64,000 nt of DNA from an uncultured candidate division Zixibacteria bacterium (lineage in GTDB: Bacteria > Zixibacteria > MSB-5A5 > RBG-16-43-9): the NCBI GenBank assembly GCA_963713865.1, contig OY970208.1, positions 2,624,001 through 2,688,000 on the forward strand, in the 5' to 3' direction. Shown piece by piece: positions 42,431 to 53,112 of the stretch. A model generated the notes under the pieces. It was not told where the DNA came from, did no database searches, and saw only the letters and a list, made by a program, of their open reading frames with translations. A program made the position numbers and the translations under genes. Position 1 is the stretch's first letter. Each line of letters begins with the position of its first letter.

Positions 42431-45400
42431 CTATTCAACTACAATCTCGTCCACAAAAAGCCATGCCTTGTTCCCTTTGCCTGAATGCCAATCCGGGAGG
42501 GTCCCTATGTTTTTTGCCTTAATGCGGATGTATCTTCCGTCTACTTTTTTCAGGCTCAGGGTTAAATCTCTGACAAAATTCCCTTGATTCTCTTTCGGAG
42601 TTTCATAGGTCTCAACTGCTGCGATTTTAAACTTTTTTCCATCATTCGAAACTGCCATTTCTACAGTAGTCGGCAGAAAAATCCAGCTAGGGTTATCAGA
42701 TAAACAACCTAGGCTGATCTTATTCAATTTTCTCTTCTCGCCTAAATCTAAAACTACTTCCAGGTCGTTCCCCTCAAACCCCTGCCAGGCTTTGTCTGAA
42801 TAAGAACTTGACCCTCTTTTCGAGTCAATCAAAGCCTTATCCCCGGCAGCGGAATAGTCGGGAGAATAAGTAGATAGATATTGAACCCCTTTGATGATAT
42901 AAGCATTGTAGTAATTAGCAGTCGATATCGGGCTGGGATTTTTTCCTTTAGCCAGGGCAAGAGCTTTCACTGTGATAGGTTTATCAATCCTGAATGGTTC
43001 TGAATATAAGGGAGAATTACTCGTGGGCTCACTTCCGTCCAGAGTGTACCTTATCCCTGCTCCAGAATCTTCAGGCACAATACCTGCAACAGTTGACTTA
43101 CCTTTCTCAATTATATAAAACTCCGGAGATATCTTAGGTGGCGCGCAGACTTGAAACCTCTCATAATCTGCCTGGTTGTAGTTGAGCGTGTCAAAAAGAG
43201 TGCTCGCAGGAAAAGTGGCATCATTTTCATTCTCAGCCAGAGAGACTGCTAAGATCTTTATCTTTTCATTCTGGGGCAGGGTAATTTCCTTTGCGCCTGC
43301 GGGTAGATTAAGCTTGCATTTATACAGATAGGCATAACTGTAAGGGTCGTCTTCACCGTTTTTGAGATGACGATGCGTGGTAAAATAAGCAACATCACCT
43401 TTTCTGACGTAACCAGGAACAAGTCCCGTGAAGAAAATGTTATCCCATTCATAGTCCCATTCCTGCCATTTGTAACCGTACCATTTGCGATTGTCCCACT
43501 GGCCTATAAAACCATCCCACTTTGGGATATCAACTTCATTAGATTTCCCGTCGAGCTTGAAGTCTCCCCTTGTGTCATTCTCAGTTGAGGCGGCAAGAAA
43601 ATAAATTCGGTTGAATTTGCCTGCAGGCAGAAAAATCGATTGCCCATTGCAGGAAAGCGCATTCTTATCACCATCCTTTTTTGAACCAAGGCTGAACACG
43701 ATTCCTTCACTTATTATCGTGTCAGGTAAAATCTCAGCCGGCAGGGAATTTCCAGAAAGGTCAAAACTCCCATCTGATCTATTATCATTAGTGCTGATAA
43801 CATCAGCATTATAGTTAAGCTGAACTGTCTGACATGTGGGTGGGCTTAATTTCTTAGAGGGGGGAGCAAGTTTGACCGCAAATGCCTTAATATGATAAGG
43901 CTTCATATCAAAAACCAGTTCCCCCTTCTTAATCACAGCCTCAGCTAAAGTTTGTTCCTGTCCGTTCACTTCTTTTGCCGAGATAAGAGGCTTAGCTATT
44001 GTAAGCCTTATATCTTTAGAGAAGACCCCCTTGGTTTCCTGAAGGCGAATTATGATCTCATCGCTATTCTCTCCCTTCTTAAGGGCAGTAACAGCTATAT
44101 CCGGATTACTTAGATGAAGAAATGAAAAAGTTTTTCCCAAGAATCCTTTGTGCGATATGGTTTGAAACGCTAAAAGGGGCTGATTAAGTCTTGCACCCTG
44201 CCAGTTTGAATTCCCAGCTCTCCAATCTCCTCTGTGTCCATAAAGGGCGTAGCAGATCTCGTGTTTGCCAAAATCCTGAGTTGCCTGATCCTTGTAGTCG
44301 TTTCTTACACCAGGCGTATACAGGAGGGTGAGACGCAGAACATTGTCTGCTGGCTTATCCGAGCCGTACTTGCAGTCTTCTAGGATTGAAACACCGTAGG
44401 TTCCACTTGAATCTGTCAGGTCGAACCACTGATGGGATGGCACCTCGAATTTCTTAGGGTCGTTATTTCCTCGTTGGACAATCCCCACACCAGTATTATA
44501 AGAAGCCAGATGATTTGAGACCGCGAGAGGAAATGAGGCTTTGAGAGATGACTCTTTTGTGAACCAGTCTATGTAGTTATAAAATACAATCTGATCTGCA
44601 CTTCCTCCTGCAGACAGACGAATAAGCTGAACGAATTTTGAGCCGCGTGATTCACGCTCTATTTCCAGAGCAACCCGTTCAGGACCTGATTCAACTATGC
44701 AAATGGATGCTGGACCTTCAACATAATCGACCGGAGGATTTTGTCTATCGTTCCAGTCCATATTCCAGGCAGGCCACTGTTGCGGGCGTTCATGCAGGAA
44801 AGCAAGTCGTGCTGGCTCGGATAAGAGTTCACGATTTGCCCTTTTATCATAGATACTTTCAACATCTCCTGAAGAATTCACCTTCACAATATATCTCGAA
44901 TTCTCCAAAGACGAATTTGTAATTTTCAATCCCGCTTCAATTGTGCAGCCTGTTTCTGAAGGACGAACATCGTAAGCCCTGAAACCTAAGGAGGGAACAG
45001 TCGCCAGAAATAAGATCTCCAGCTTGTTTCCTTCGGTTTTGGTGATCTGTGATGGAACTTCATGCTGATCTGGGTCAAAAACCTGTATGGCCTTTGGCAC
45101 GGTCGGAAAGGTTATTCGGGCTTCGACTACCTCTTCTCGTTCTATAGATAAAGGATTGAATACTACCAGTGGAATTCCTTTCACCTGCGTATCCAGATCC
45201 CTGACAACCACACCAACCGCATCTGACAGGACTCCACTGAATTGATTGGCTGCAAGCAGCTCATCATTCCAGGAATATTCATATGCCTTGGGTACACAGG
45301 TGCCTGCCATGATGTCGTGAAACTGAGCACCCAGAACCAACCGCCATGCCTCATTAATTTTGTTTCGAGGATAGGTGATCCCCCCAACCACTCACCAATA

Positions 45401-46434
45401 ACAGAAGAGGCCTCTGCAGAATAAGCTAAAAGCTCATTTTTACGATTCCATCGTTTCATATAAGCTTCCGAAGATATTGAGCCTGCAGAGTGGTTGGTGA
45501 GCAGAAGCTCGCCCTGATAGGTAGGGAGTTTCGATTTCTGCTCAGTTGACAGGTCACTAAAGAATTTGTCAGCCGGCGATGAAATGACATGAATCCCTTT
45601 ATCACTGGTAACGCTTTTCTCAATCCAGTTCACTGACTCCTCTGTGGGTGAGCCTCCCATATCCCCGGTGCCATAATACATATATTCGCAAAAGATTCCA
45701 GCCCTGCTCCCCAGATCAGAAATCCTTTTGGACCATTTTGGACTCTGGCTCAGATCATCTTTAACCTCAGTGCCGTAACTCCCAGGATTGAAGACCGAAA
45801 CCACTGATTCGGAATCCGGCCCTATCCAGGAACCGATATTGAAAGGCAGGCTAACTGCCAGACCCCAGGAAAGTTTCTGGGTGGAGAACCCTTTTATGCC
45901 GCAATGTGCTAAGATGGACGGAAGCGAGGCTGGAAAACCGAAGCAGTCAGGGAGCATATATTCGGAACTGGCTTTGCCAAATTCCTTTCTGAAGTAATCG
46001 TTGCCGTAGAGGACCTGACGGATAATCGATTCAGGAGAAGGTATCAGGGCATCGTTTTCCTCTATGGATGAGCCGCAGGGAAACCACCTGTTTGCAGCAA
46101 CGTATTCCTTGAGCTTTTGGTATTCCTGGGGATAATACTCTTTCATCATCCGGTATCTGTTGGCCCCGCTGAAATTGAAAATGTAATGAGGATATTTCTG
46201 GAAAAGCTTGAAGTTATCCAGCAGGGTGTTTTTTACATACTTGCTTATGGTGGTCTGATAATCCCAGCGCCATTCGGTATCCAGATGACTGTATCCGATG
46301 GTATAAAGTACGGTGTCTCTGGAGAGATCAACCCTGGGTAAATTGAGAACTTCAATTCCGGTCTGGGCAGCCACTGCGGATAGTACAAAATACTGCAGAA
46401 AGATCGCAATTAAGAATCTTTTCAAAGGTTTCAT
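42431..46434 (-). CDS. GH38 alpha-mannosidase with C-terminal FN3-associated and F5/8-type domains; frameshift in G-homopolymer at ~45383
   Basis: Signal peptide; SHLDTEWRW, LPDCFGF, GDMGG, QFHDIMAG, SILEDCKYG, IRYTLDGSEP, WLFVDEIVVE. Confidence 0.9.
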
Positions 46435-46499
46435 CTGGTTCCTCCTTTGGTCTTAAGATGAATTTTGAAAACACCAGAACGTCAAAATTAAGAGACCTC

Positions 46500-47468
46500 T
46501 CATCTTCCTCTTAACTGGTCAAGCAGAACTGCCAGAAGAATAACCACCCCTAATACCACCATCTGCACGTAGGAGCCTACATTCAGCAAATTCAAACCAT
46601 TTCTCAAAATCCCGATCAGCATTGCACCCAAAAACGTGCCGACGATCGAACCTCTGCCGCCAAAAAGACTCGTGCCCCCGACCACCACTGCGGCAATGAC
46701 GTCCATCTCATACATCAGTCCGGCATTCGGCTGTCCTGAGTTCATACGGGAGGCTAAGAGCACTCCGCTGATGGCGGAAAGCACTCCACAGATCAGGTAG
46801 ACTGACCACAGCACCCGATTTATGTTTATGCCTGCCAGTCGAGCAGCTTCTTTGTTTCCGCCCACCGCATATACGTAACGACCGAATTTTGTGTGCCTGA
46901 GCACCACGAAAGCACTCAGATAAATACAAAGCATGATAATGGTAGGAACGGGTATGCCGAATGCTCTACCGCTTCCTAAAAAGCTGAACTCCTCAGGCAG
47001 TCCCCAGATCGGTCTGCCCCCGGTGTATATATATGCTCCCCCTCTCAAAATAGTCATCAAAGCCAGGGTGACTATGAATGGAGTAATATTGAATCGGGTA
47101 ACAAATAGCCCAGCTATAGACCCTGAGCATATTCCGATTAAAATTCCACCCAGAAGACAAAGTGGAAATGATAATGAGAATGGTATTCCCAATTTGAGTA
47201 TGCTGGTTACTACCACCCCGCTGAAAGCAACCATTGCCCCAACCGAAAGGTCGATGCCCGCGGTAAGAATGACAAAGGTCATTCCCGCCGCTATGATTGC
47301 GGTGATAGAAGTCTGAAGTGTGACGTTCAGGATATTTTCCGCAGTAAAAAAATAAGGAGAAAAAACTGAAAAAAGAATCACTTCCAAAAGTAAAGCAGTT
47401 GAGATCCCTAGATCTCCAAATACTGTCTTGAGGCGTTTTTTTTCAGGCTTGATAGCAGTCCCGAACAT
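46500..47468 (-). CDS. rbsC: Ribose-type (CUT2) sugar ABC transporter permease
   Basis: GIDLSVG, PFIVTLA, GGNKEAARLAGI, IAAVVVGGTSL.GGRG; substrate not proven. Confidence 0.85.
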   Translation of the reverse strand: MFGTAIKPEKKRLKTVFGDLGISTALLLEVILFSVFSPYFFTAENILNVTLQTSITAIIAAGMTFVILTAGIDLSVGAMVAFSGVVVTSILKLGIPFSLSFPLCLLGGILIGICSGSIAGLFVTRFNITPFIVTLALMTILRGGAYIYTGGRPIWGLPEEFSFLGSGRAFGIPVPTIIMLCIYLSAFVVLRHTKFGRYVYAVGGNKEAARLAGININRVLWSVYLICGVLSAISGVLLASRMNSGQPNAGLMYEMDVIAAVVVGGTSLFGGRGSIVGTFLGAMLIGILRNGLNLLNVGSYVQMVVLGVVILLAVLLDQLRGR

Positions 47469-47471
47469 ATT

Positions 47472-48971
47472 CTACCCCGGCTTGGTGCCAGTTGCTAAGG
47501 TCATCATTTTTTCCTGGGTTGCTTCCTGACTCGAGAGTACTCCGGTTATACTCCCTTCCCACATCACCGCAAGGCGATGACAAATACCAAGAAGTTCAGG
47601 CAGATCAGAGGATATAACAATGATTCCAATCCCCTCTTTAGCCAGCTGGTTAATCAGGTTATAAATCTCAAGTTTTACCCCAACGTCGATCCCCGCAGTA
47701 GGCTCGTCGAAAATCAGAAGCTTCGATTTTGTGAAAAGCCAGCGGGCCAGAACGACTTTCTGTCTGTTACCTCCACTGAGATTTTCCACTTTCTGGTTGA
47801 TTGAAGGTGTTCTAATTCGCAAAGTCTGTTTAAACTTTTCCGCAACTGAGTTCTCCTTGGCCTGGTCGATAAAAAATCGACTTGCTACCTGGCTGAGATT
47901 TGAAAGGGAGATATTTTCCCTGACGTTCATCTGCATTATAAGCCCGTATTTGTTTCGATCCTCAGTGAGCAAGCCAATTCCTAGGTCAATCGCCTCACGA
48001 GGTGTACTAACCAAAATTTCTTTCCCTTCTAAAAAGATCCTCCCTTTTTCTTTTGGGTCTGCACCAAATATAAGCCTTGCCAGCTCGCTCCTGCCTGCAC
48101 CCACCAAACCGGCCAATCCCAAGATTTCTCCCCGATATACCGTCAGGCTGACATCTTTTAAGATTCCCGAACTTAAGCCCTCTATTCTCAGGACTTCCTT
48201 TCCCTGGTCAGGTTCGATCCTGGGGAACTCCTGCTCTAATTCTCGCCCCACCATCCAGAGGATTAAGCTTCTGCGGTCAGTTTCAGACACCGGGCAACTA
48301 TGTATGAACCTCCCGTCACGAAGTATTGTAAGGCGATCACCGATCTCGAAGACCTCTTCCAGGCGATGAGATATATAAATGATACCCACCCCTTCGGTTT
48401 TCAATTTACGGATCACCGCGAACAGCCCTTTCAGTTCGTTCTGGCTAAGGGATGTGGAGGGTTCATCCATGACTAAGATCTTGACCCGCCTGGATAATGC
48501 CCGGGCAATTTCGACAATCTGTCTCTGTGCCACACTCAAGGAGCTTATCCTGGCTGTAGTTGGAATTTCCTCTTCCAGTTGAGCAAGTATTTTCTGGGCA
48601 TCTCTGTGCATCTTCCTGTGATCAACTAATAATAACTTCCCCTTAGTCGGTTCGTTGCCCAGAAGAATATTCTCCGCTACAGAAAGCTCAGGCACAAGTT
48701 TGAATTCCTGATAAATCATGCTGATTCCATATTTCTGGGCATCAGCAGGTGAATTATACTCGATTTCTTCCCTTTCGATAAGAATTGAGCCCGCATCCTT
48801 TTTAACGGCACCGGACAATATCTTCATCAAGGTAGATTTGCCAGCACCATTTTCTCCCAAAAGGCAATGAACCTCGCCCGCATAAAGCTCGAAATTCACA
48901 TCTGCCAGCGCCACCACCCCGGGGTAGTGCTTGTAAATCCCTTTCATCTGCAAGAGAGGCAGAGCGTTCAC
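47472..48971 (-). CDS. rbsA: Ribose-type sugar ABC transporter ATP-binding protein
   Basis: GENGAGKSTL, tandem ABC domains, LSGGNRQKV, DEPTAGIDVG. Confidence 0.88.
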   Translation of the reverse strand: MNALPLLQMKGIYKHYPGVVALADVNFELYAGEVHCLLGENGAGKSTLMKILSGAVKKDAGSILIEREEIEYNSPADAQKYGISMIYQEFKLVPELSVAENILLGNEPTKGKLLLVDHRKMHRDAQKILAQLEEEIPTTARISSLSVAQRQIVEIARALSRRVKILVMDEPSTSLSQNELKGLFAVIRKLKTEGVGIIYISHRLEEVFEIGDRLTILRDGRFIHSCPVSETDRRSLILWMVGRELEQEFPRIEPDQGKEVLRIEGLSSGILKDVSLTVYRGEILGLAGLVGAGRSELARLIFGADPKEKGRIFLEGKEILVSTPREAIDLGIGLLTEDRNKYGLIMQMNVRENISLSNLSQVASRFFIDQAKENSVAEKFKQTLRIRTPSINQKVENLSGGNRQKVVLARWLFTKSKLLIFDEPTAGIDVGVKLEIYNLINQLAKEGIGIIVISSDLPELLGICHRLAVMWEGSITGVLSSQEATQEKMMTLATGTKPG

Positions 48972-49900
48972 TTATTGGTTTCCTTTTGCAGGGCTTCCCG
49001 GTCAACAATCCCTACTTCCACCGGAACGATTTTCGGCACCTGGATGCCGGAGAAGTAGTCTTTGATTTTATCTATGGTAATCTCACCTATTTTCTTGGGG
49101 TACTGGATCACGTCGGCTTTGAGTGGCGTTTCTTTCAAAATGGCATCCACTGCAGGCGGTGTGGCATCATAACCCACGATTTTGACCTTGGACCGCTTGA
49201 ACTGCTGGACCGCATCCAGCGCACCCAGCGCGCAGTCGTCATTGATCGCAAAAATCCCTTCCAGGTCAGGATGAGCCTGAAGAATATCAGAGGTTACTTG
49301 CATGGCTCTATCCCTTACCCCTTCACCGTTCACCTCAGCCACAATTTTTAGACTGGGGTATTTCCCTATTGCTTCTTTAAACCCCCGGGTGCGATCAAGC
49401 ACTGAAGTGACTGTTGGTTGTCCAATGATAGCTACATTCCCCTTGTCGTTCAAGGTCTTGGCAAGATATTCACCTGCTAATTTTCCTCCTGCAACATTGT
49501 CGGATGCAACATGACAGACCACTTCTCCCTCTTGCGAGGCGATATCCGCACTAAAAACCGGGATCTTAGCCTCATTTGCCTTCCGGATTGCAGGTCCTAC
49601 TCCACGCGAATCCACCGGGCAGACGATGATCGCATCCACTTTCTGGGTTACGAAATCCTCGATCTGGGAGCTTTGCTTGCCTAAATCGAAATCACCGGCT
49701 GTGATAATCAACTTATAGTCATACTTTTTTGCCTCATTCTGCAACCCCTCTTCCAGGTCCTTATAGAAAACATGTGCTCGAGTCAAGAGAGTAACCCCTA
49801 TGGTTTTCTGGAATTCTTTTTTCCTGACACACCCGGAAAATAGGATGGTCAGAGCTAAGAATAATAAAACTAAGTTTTTCAGGATACTATTTTTTCTCAT
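48968..49900 (-). CDS. rbsB: Ribose-type sugar ABC transporter substrate-binding lipoprotein
   Basis: AAAGGAG RBS before ATG 49900; lipobox LFSGC; VASDNVAGG, FAINDD.ALGA, VGYD. Confidence 0.8.
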   Translation of the reverse strand: MRKNSILKNLVLLFLALTILFSGCVRKKEFQKTIGVTLLTRAHVFYKDLEEGLQNEAKKYDYKLIITAGDFDLGKQSSQIEDFVTQKVDAIIVCPVDSRGVGPAIRKANEAKIPVFSADIASQEGEVVCHVASDNVAGGKLAGEYLAKTLNDKGNVAIIGQPTVTSVLDRTRGFKEAIGKYPSLKIVAEVNGEGVRDRAMQVTSDILQAHPDLEGIFAINDDCALGALDAVQQFKRSKVKIVGYDATPPAVDAILKETPLKADVIQYPKKIGEITIDKIKDYFSGIQVPKIVPVEVGIVDREALQKETNK

Positions 49901-50409
49901 TTTTCTTCTCCTTTCAAGACTTTTCATTTTTTATTTTGCCAGGAAACTGAAAATTTGCTCTAAGAAAGTCGTTTTTTAATATATATTGAGCGATTCATAA
50001 GTCAACAGTTTTATCGAAGGAATTATACTTCACGAGAGCAGTCAGTGCATCTGACAGATTTTCAAGTTTTACTTGATTGCGGTTTATCTCTTTTCAGATA
50101 CTGGGTATAAACTGAAATAAATTGATTGCCAATTATAAATATATTTTGAATAACCCTCTACAACTGACAACAACCAAGAAAAACTTTAAGATTTTAATAG
50201 CCTTTAATATCTTGTAAAAGTGGGCTATAGAACGGGAAAAAACTGAAACACATAAGTGGGAAATAACTTGAAAAAATCCGAGGACCTGCAAGGATGGAAC
50301 TTGCCATCTTTTTTTTCGTAAGGCAAGGAACTTTAACAAAACCGTGATAATATGCTACTCTATGAATTCGAATCTCCTGCCAAACGCCTGTTGGTATGAG
50401 TCCTTTTAC

Positions 50410-50563
50410 CCGTTTCTGGTACACCAAAATGATCACAAGCGAACAAACTCTAAAAAAATTTGAGAAAAATGAAAAAAGCTATTTCTGTTAATTCTCTCCC
50501 CGGTAGGCACTTATAAATATTGGTAGCGCTACAGGGAGTCGAACCCCGGTTTGATGGCTGAGA
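50410..50563 (-). repeat. tRNA-Glu 3'-half repeat no.3 with downstream arm
   Basis: 50521-50563 matches tRNA-Glu from the anticodon loop to the 3' end plus CCA (one mismatch); arm ggtacaccaaaatgatcacaag at 50418-50439. Confidence 0.9.
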
Positions 50564-50614
50564 GGCAAGTTTTTCAAAGGTTTTTCAAAAGGCATTTGAA
50601 TTCCCTGGTTATGT

Positions 50615-51967
50615 TCATCCTCTCTCAAACAGAACCGTCACTAACAGAGCGAAAATCCAAATACCCAGAGCGGCTTCAATACCCACAAAAATCCTCGCCC
50701 AGCGAACAGGTTTATATTCAACTGACTCTAAACGGAAAAACTGTAGCCATTGTCTTGGTTGTAATGCTCCATAACCGAAGGTGACAAAGGAAAGAAGACT
50801 GAAGTAAAAACAATCAACAAACAGATATCCTTTACGGAAAGTCAAAATCTCTTCTTTGTCGTTCCATGCACCTGTTTTAACAAAATAGATTCCAGATTTT
50901 GTCTTTGGGAATATGGTAAAGAGCACATAGATGACACTGAAAAGAACGATAACAACGAGTGAATACCAGAAAAGCCAGGTCGGCCGTGAACCATATCCAA
51001 ATGTTTCTCTTAAGAAGATATATCGTAAAAGACCCAAGAAATAATCCCAAGGGTCTTTGATAGTTCTCAAGTATCTCTTGGTCAGAACTTCGTTCTCCCT
51101 AAAATGGAACTCCTTAGCGACCTCATCCATATACTCCTTTTTGTATAGATTTTTTAAATCCCGGTATGTGATCTCTGCATTAAAAAAATCTTCATCTGAT
51201 TTTGTAGAGTCGGCATGTATTTCATCACCTGTAATATAACGACTCTTGAATCTATCTCCCCAATTGATATATCTTATATTCTTTGCTTCTCCTAAATTAA
51301 CCATCCATAAATACGTGAAATCGAAGTATATGCCGAAGAGATTAGCATTTAGTAAATTAGCTTCTCTTAAATTGGCACCTCGCAGTTCAGCACTTCTCAT
51401 ATCCACTTCTTGTAAAATGGTCTTGGAAAGATCTGCCCATTGCAGTTTAGTATTAAAGAGATCTGCACCCTTCAAATTGCACCCACTAAGGTCAGCACCC
51501 TGTAAATTAGCTGCGCTTAAGTTCGATCCTTGAAGATTGATATCGTTAAGTAATGCCCCTTGAAGTTTCAGTCCACTAAAGTTAATATATAACGAATCTT
51601 CCAAAAAACGAAGATCGATTCCTCGAAGGTCATCTCCACGATCATCTTGTGGGTGGATTATTGGATCAAGTTGAGGCACCCAGTTAGGTAGATAGTCTCC
51701 CTTTATAAGTCCCTCTATCACCAACTTTCTAGTTATCTCAGACCATCTGTTTCTTAAGATATCCTTTTCTTTATCTGTATATTGCGACCATTCTCTTAGT
51801 TCCACAGGAGGCGAGTTACGTGAAGATACCCATCCACTCTCGGTATTTATTCCAGCCTGAGTAACAGAAAGTACAGTAATAATACAACAGATGAAACAAA
51901 AGATCACAAAACAGAGGAATTTGAGAGATTTATACTTCACTGAAACTTTATTTCTCACCTTTTCCAC
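50615..51967 (-). CDS. Pentapeptide-repeat protein with C-terminal two-TM ion-channel-like domain
   Basis: A(N/D)LxG repeats; GYGSRP; FYFSLLSFVTFGYG pore signature; IEAALG. Confidence 0.85.
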   Translation of the reverse strand: MEKVRNKVSVKYKSLKFLCFVIFCFICCIITVLSVTQAGINTESGWVSSRNSPPVELREWSQYTDKEKDILRNRWSEITRKLVIEGLIKGDYLPNWVPQLDPIIHPQDDRGDDLRGIDLRFLEDSLYINFSGLKLQGALLNDINLQGSNLSAANLQGADLSGCNLKGADLFNTKLQWADLSKTILQEVDMRSAELRGANLREANLLNANLFGIYFDFTYLWMVNLGEAKNIRYINWGDRFKSRYITGDEIHADSTKSDEDFFNAEITYRDLKNLYKKEYMDEVAKEFHFRENEVLTKRYLRTIKDPWDYFLGLLRYIFLRETFGYGSRPTWLFWYSLVVIVLFSVIYVLFTIFPKTKSGIYFVKTGAWNDKEEILTFRKGYLFVDCFYFSLLSFVTFGYGALQPRQWLQFFRLESVEYKPVRWARIFVGIEAALGIWIFALLVTVLFERG

Positions 51968-52048
51968 CCCTTTTTAGCCACTTAATCAGAAGTCAGATAA
52001 GAAAGAGCAAAATCAATTTTGCTTTTAATTTCAATCAAAATAATCTCT

Positions 52049-52121
52049 TAGCGCTACGGGGAGTCGAACCCCGGTTTGATGGCTGAGAACCACCCGTCCT
52101 GGGCCACTAGACGATAGCGCC
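52049..52121 (-). tRNA. tRNA-Glu (anticodon CTC), CCA not encoded
   Basis: GGCGCTA TC GTCTAGTGGCCCAGGAC G GGTGG TTCTCAG CCATC AAAC CGGGG TTCGACT CCCCG TAGCGCT A cloverleaf. Confidence 0.96.
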
Positions 52122-52242
52122 ACGCGAGCAAGCTGGTTAGCTGGTTAATAGTTCATAGTGGATAGTTCATAGTTAAAACAAATTCCTCTATTCTACCATG
52201 AACTATGAACTAACCACCATTTACCAGTTTCCGGCCGCCACT

Positions 52243-52270
52243 AATATAATATCGGCTTGAAATTAGGCAA
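52243..52270 (-). promoter_or_regulatory. Probable tRNA-Glu promoter
   Basis: TTGCCT-N16-TATATT followed by GC-rich discriminator-like GTGGCGGCCGG. Confidence 0.55.
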
Positions 52271-52350
52271 GAGAAAAATCAAGTCTTGCAGGGGACGCCT
52301 GGTTAGACGACGTCAGAACCCAATTTATTCAACTACTTACCGATAAGAAA

Positions 52351-53097
52351 TCAAATCTGGATCCTGGAAAAAAGGTAGCTGCCCAGCATCAATATCAGGG
52401 CGGTTATAATACTCAAAACAAAAAAATCGGTAAGCAGGCCAAAGTGAGAAACATTTACCAGTGTACCCCGCAGACCATCGACACCATATGAAAGGGGATC
52501 AACGCTTGCAACCAGGTGTAATGCTTTTGGCAACCCCTGCAGGGGAAATAAGGCTCCGGAAAGAAAAAAGAGCGGCATTACCAAGAAGTTCATGATGAAC
52601 TGGAACCCCTGCATATCTTCTAAAACCGAAGCAATGGCTGTTCCAAAAGCTGTGAAAAGCAAGGCGATAAGAAATACAAAGGCAAAAGTAACTGGTAGAA
52701 AACTTATACTCTGGGGTCTAAAACCTACCAAAAAAGAAAGAATAAGCGTTATCAGACCCTGAAATGAAGCTACGGTTGCCCCTCCCAGAGTTCTGCCAAT
52801 CATAATGTATAAACGAGAGGTAGGAGCAACCAGCGTTTCTTTTAAGAACCCGAATTGCCTGTCCCAGATGATTTCTATCCCGGAAAAAACCGCAGAGAAA
52901 AGGACCCCCATGGCAATAATACCAGGCGCCAGAAATTGAATATAACTACCTTCGCCCGCTTTTTTGTAAATAGGATTTAAACCAAAACCCAATGCCACCA
53001 GAAAAAGAATTGGCTGGCCAAGAGAGCCTACGATCCTCGCTCTCGAACGGGAGTATCTTTTTAATTGTCGCAACCAGAGAATATAAATCGTGCTCAT
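52351..53097 (-). CDS. ABC-2 type exporter permease (DrrB-like)
   Basis: FLAPGII, WDRQFGFLKETLVAP, FFLSGALFP, PLSYGVDGLR. Confidence 0.92.
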   Translation of the reverse strand: MSTIYILWLRQLKRYSRSRARIVGSLGQPILFLVALGFGLNPIYKKAGEGSYIQFLAPGIIAMGVLFSAVFSGIEIIWDRQFGFLKETLVAPTSRLYIMIGRTLGGATVASFQGLITLILSFLVGFRPQSISFLPVTFAFVFLIALLFTAFGTAIASVLEDMQGFQFIMNFLVMPLFFLSGALFPLQGLPKALHLVASVDPLSYGVDGLRGTLVNVSHFGLLTDFFVLSIITALILMLGSYLFSRIQI

Positions 53098-53112
53098 GAT
53101 TTTTATTTCGTC

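Noticed and set aside
45380-45385. Phase-variable G tract in the GH38 gene
   Set aside because: Only 6-7 G; a typical long-read homopolymer error.
47731-48369. 212-aa plus-strand ORF and similar antisense ORFs (e.g. 59571..60107, 60919..61458, 61775..63842 set)
   Set aside because: Shadow frames of well-supported genes (rbsA, mod, res).
50133-50436. Short ORFs beside att copy 3 as an integrase remnant
   Set aside because: No tyrosine or serine recombinase motifs recognisable.
40282-50563. tRNA-like repeats as extra tRNA genes or a CRISPR array
   Set aside because: They lack the 5' acceptor strand and D arm; spacing is kilobases and no cas genes are present.
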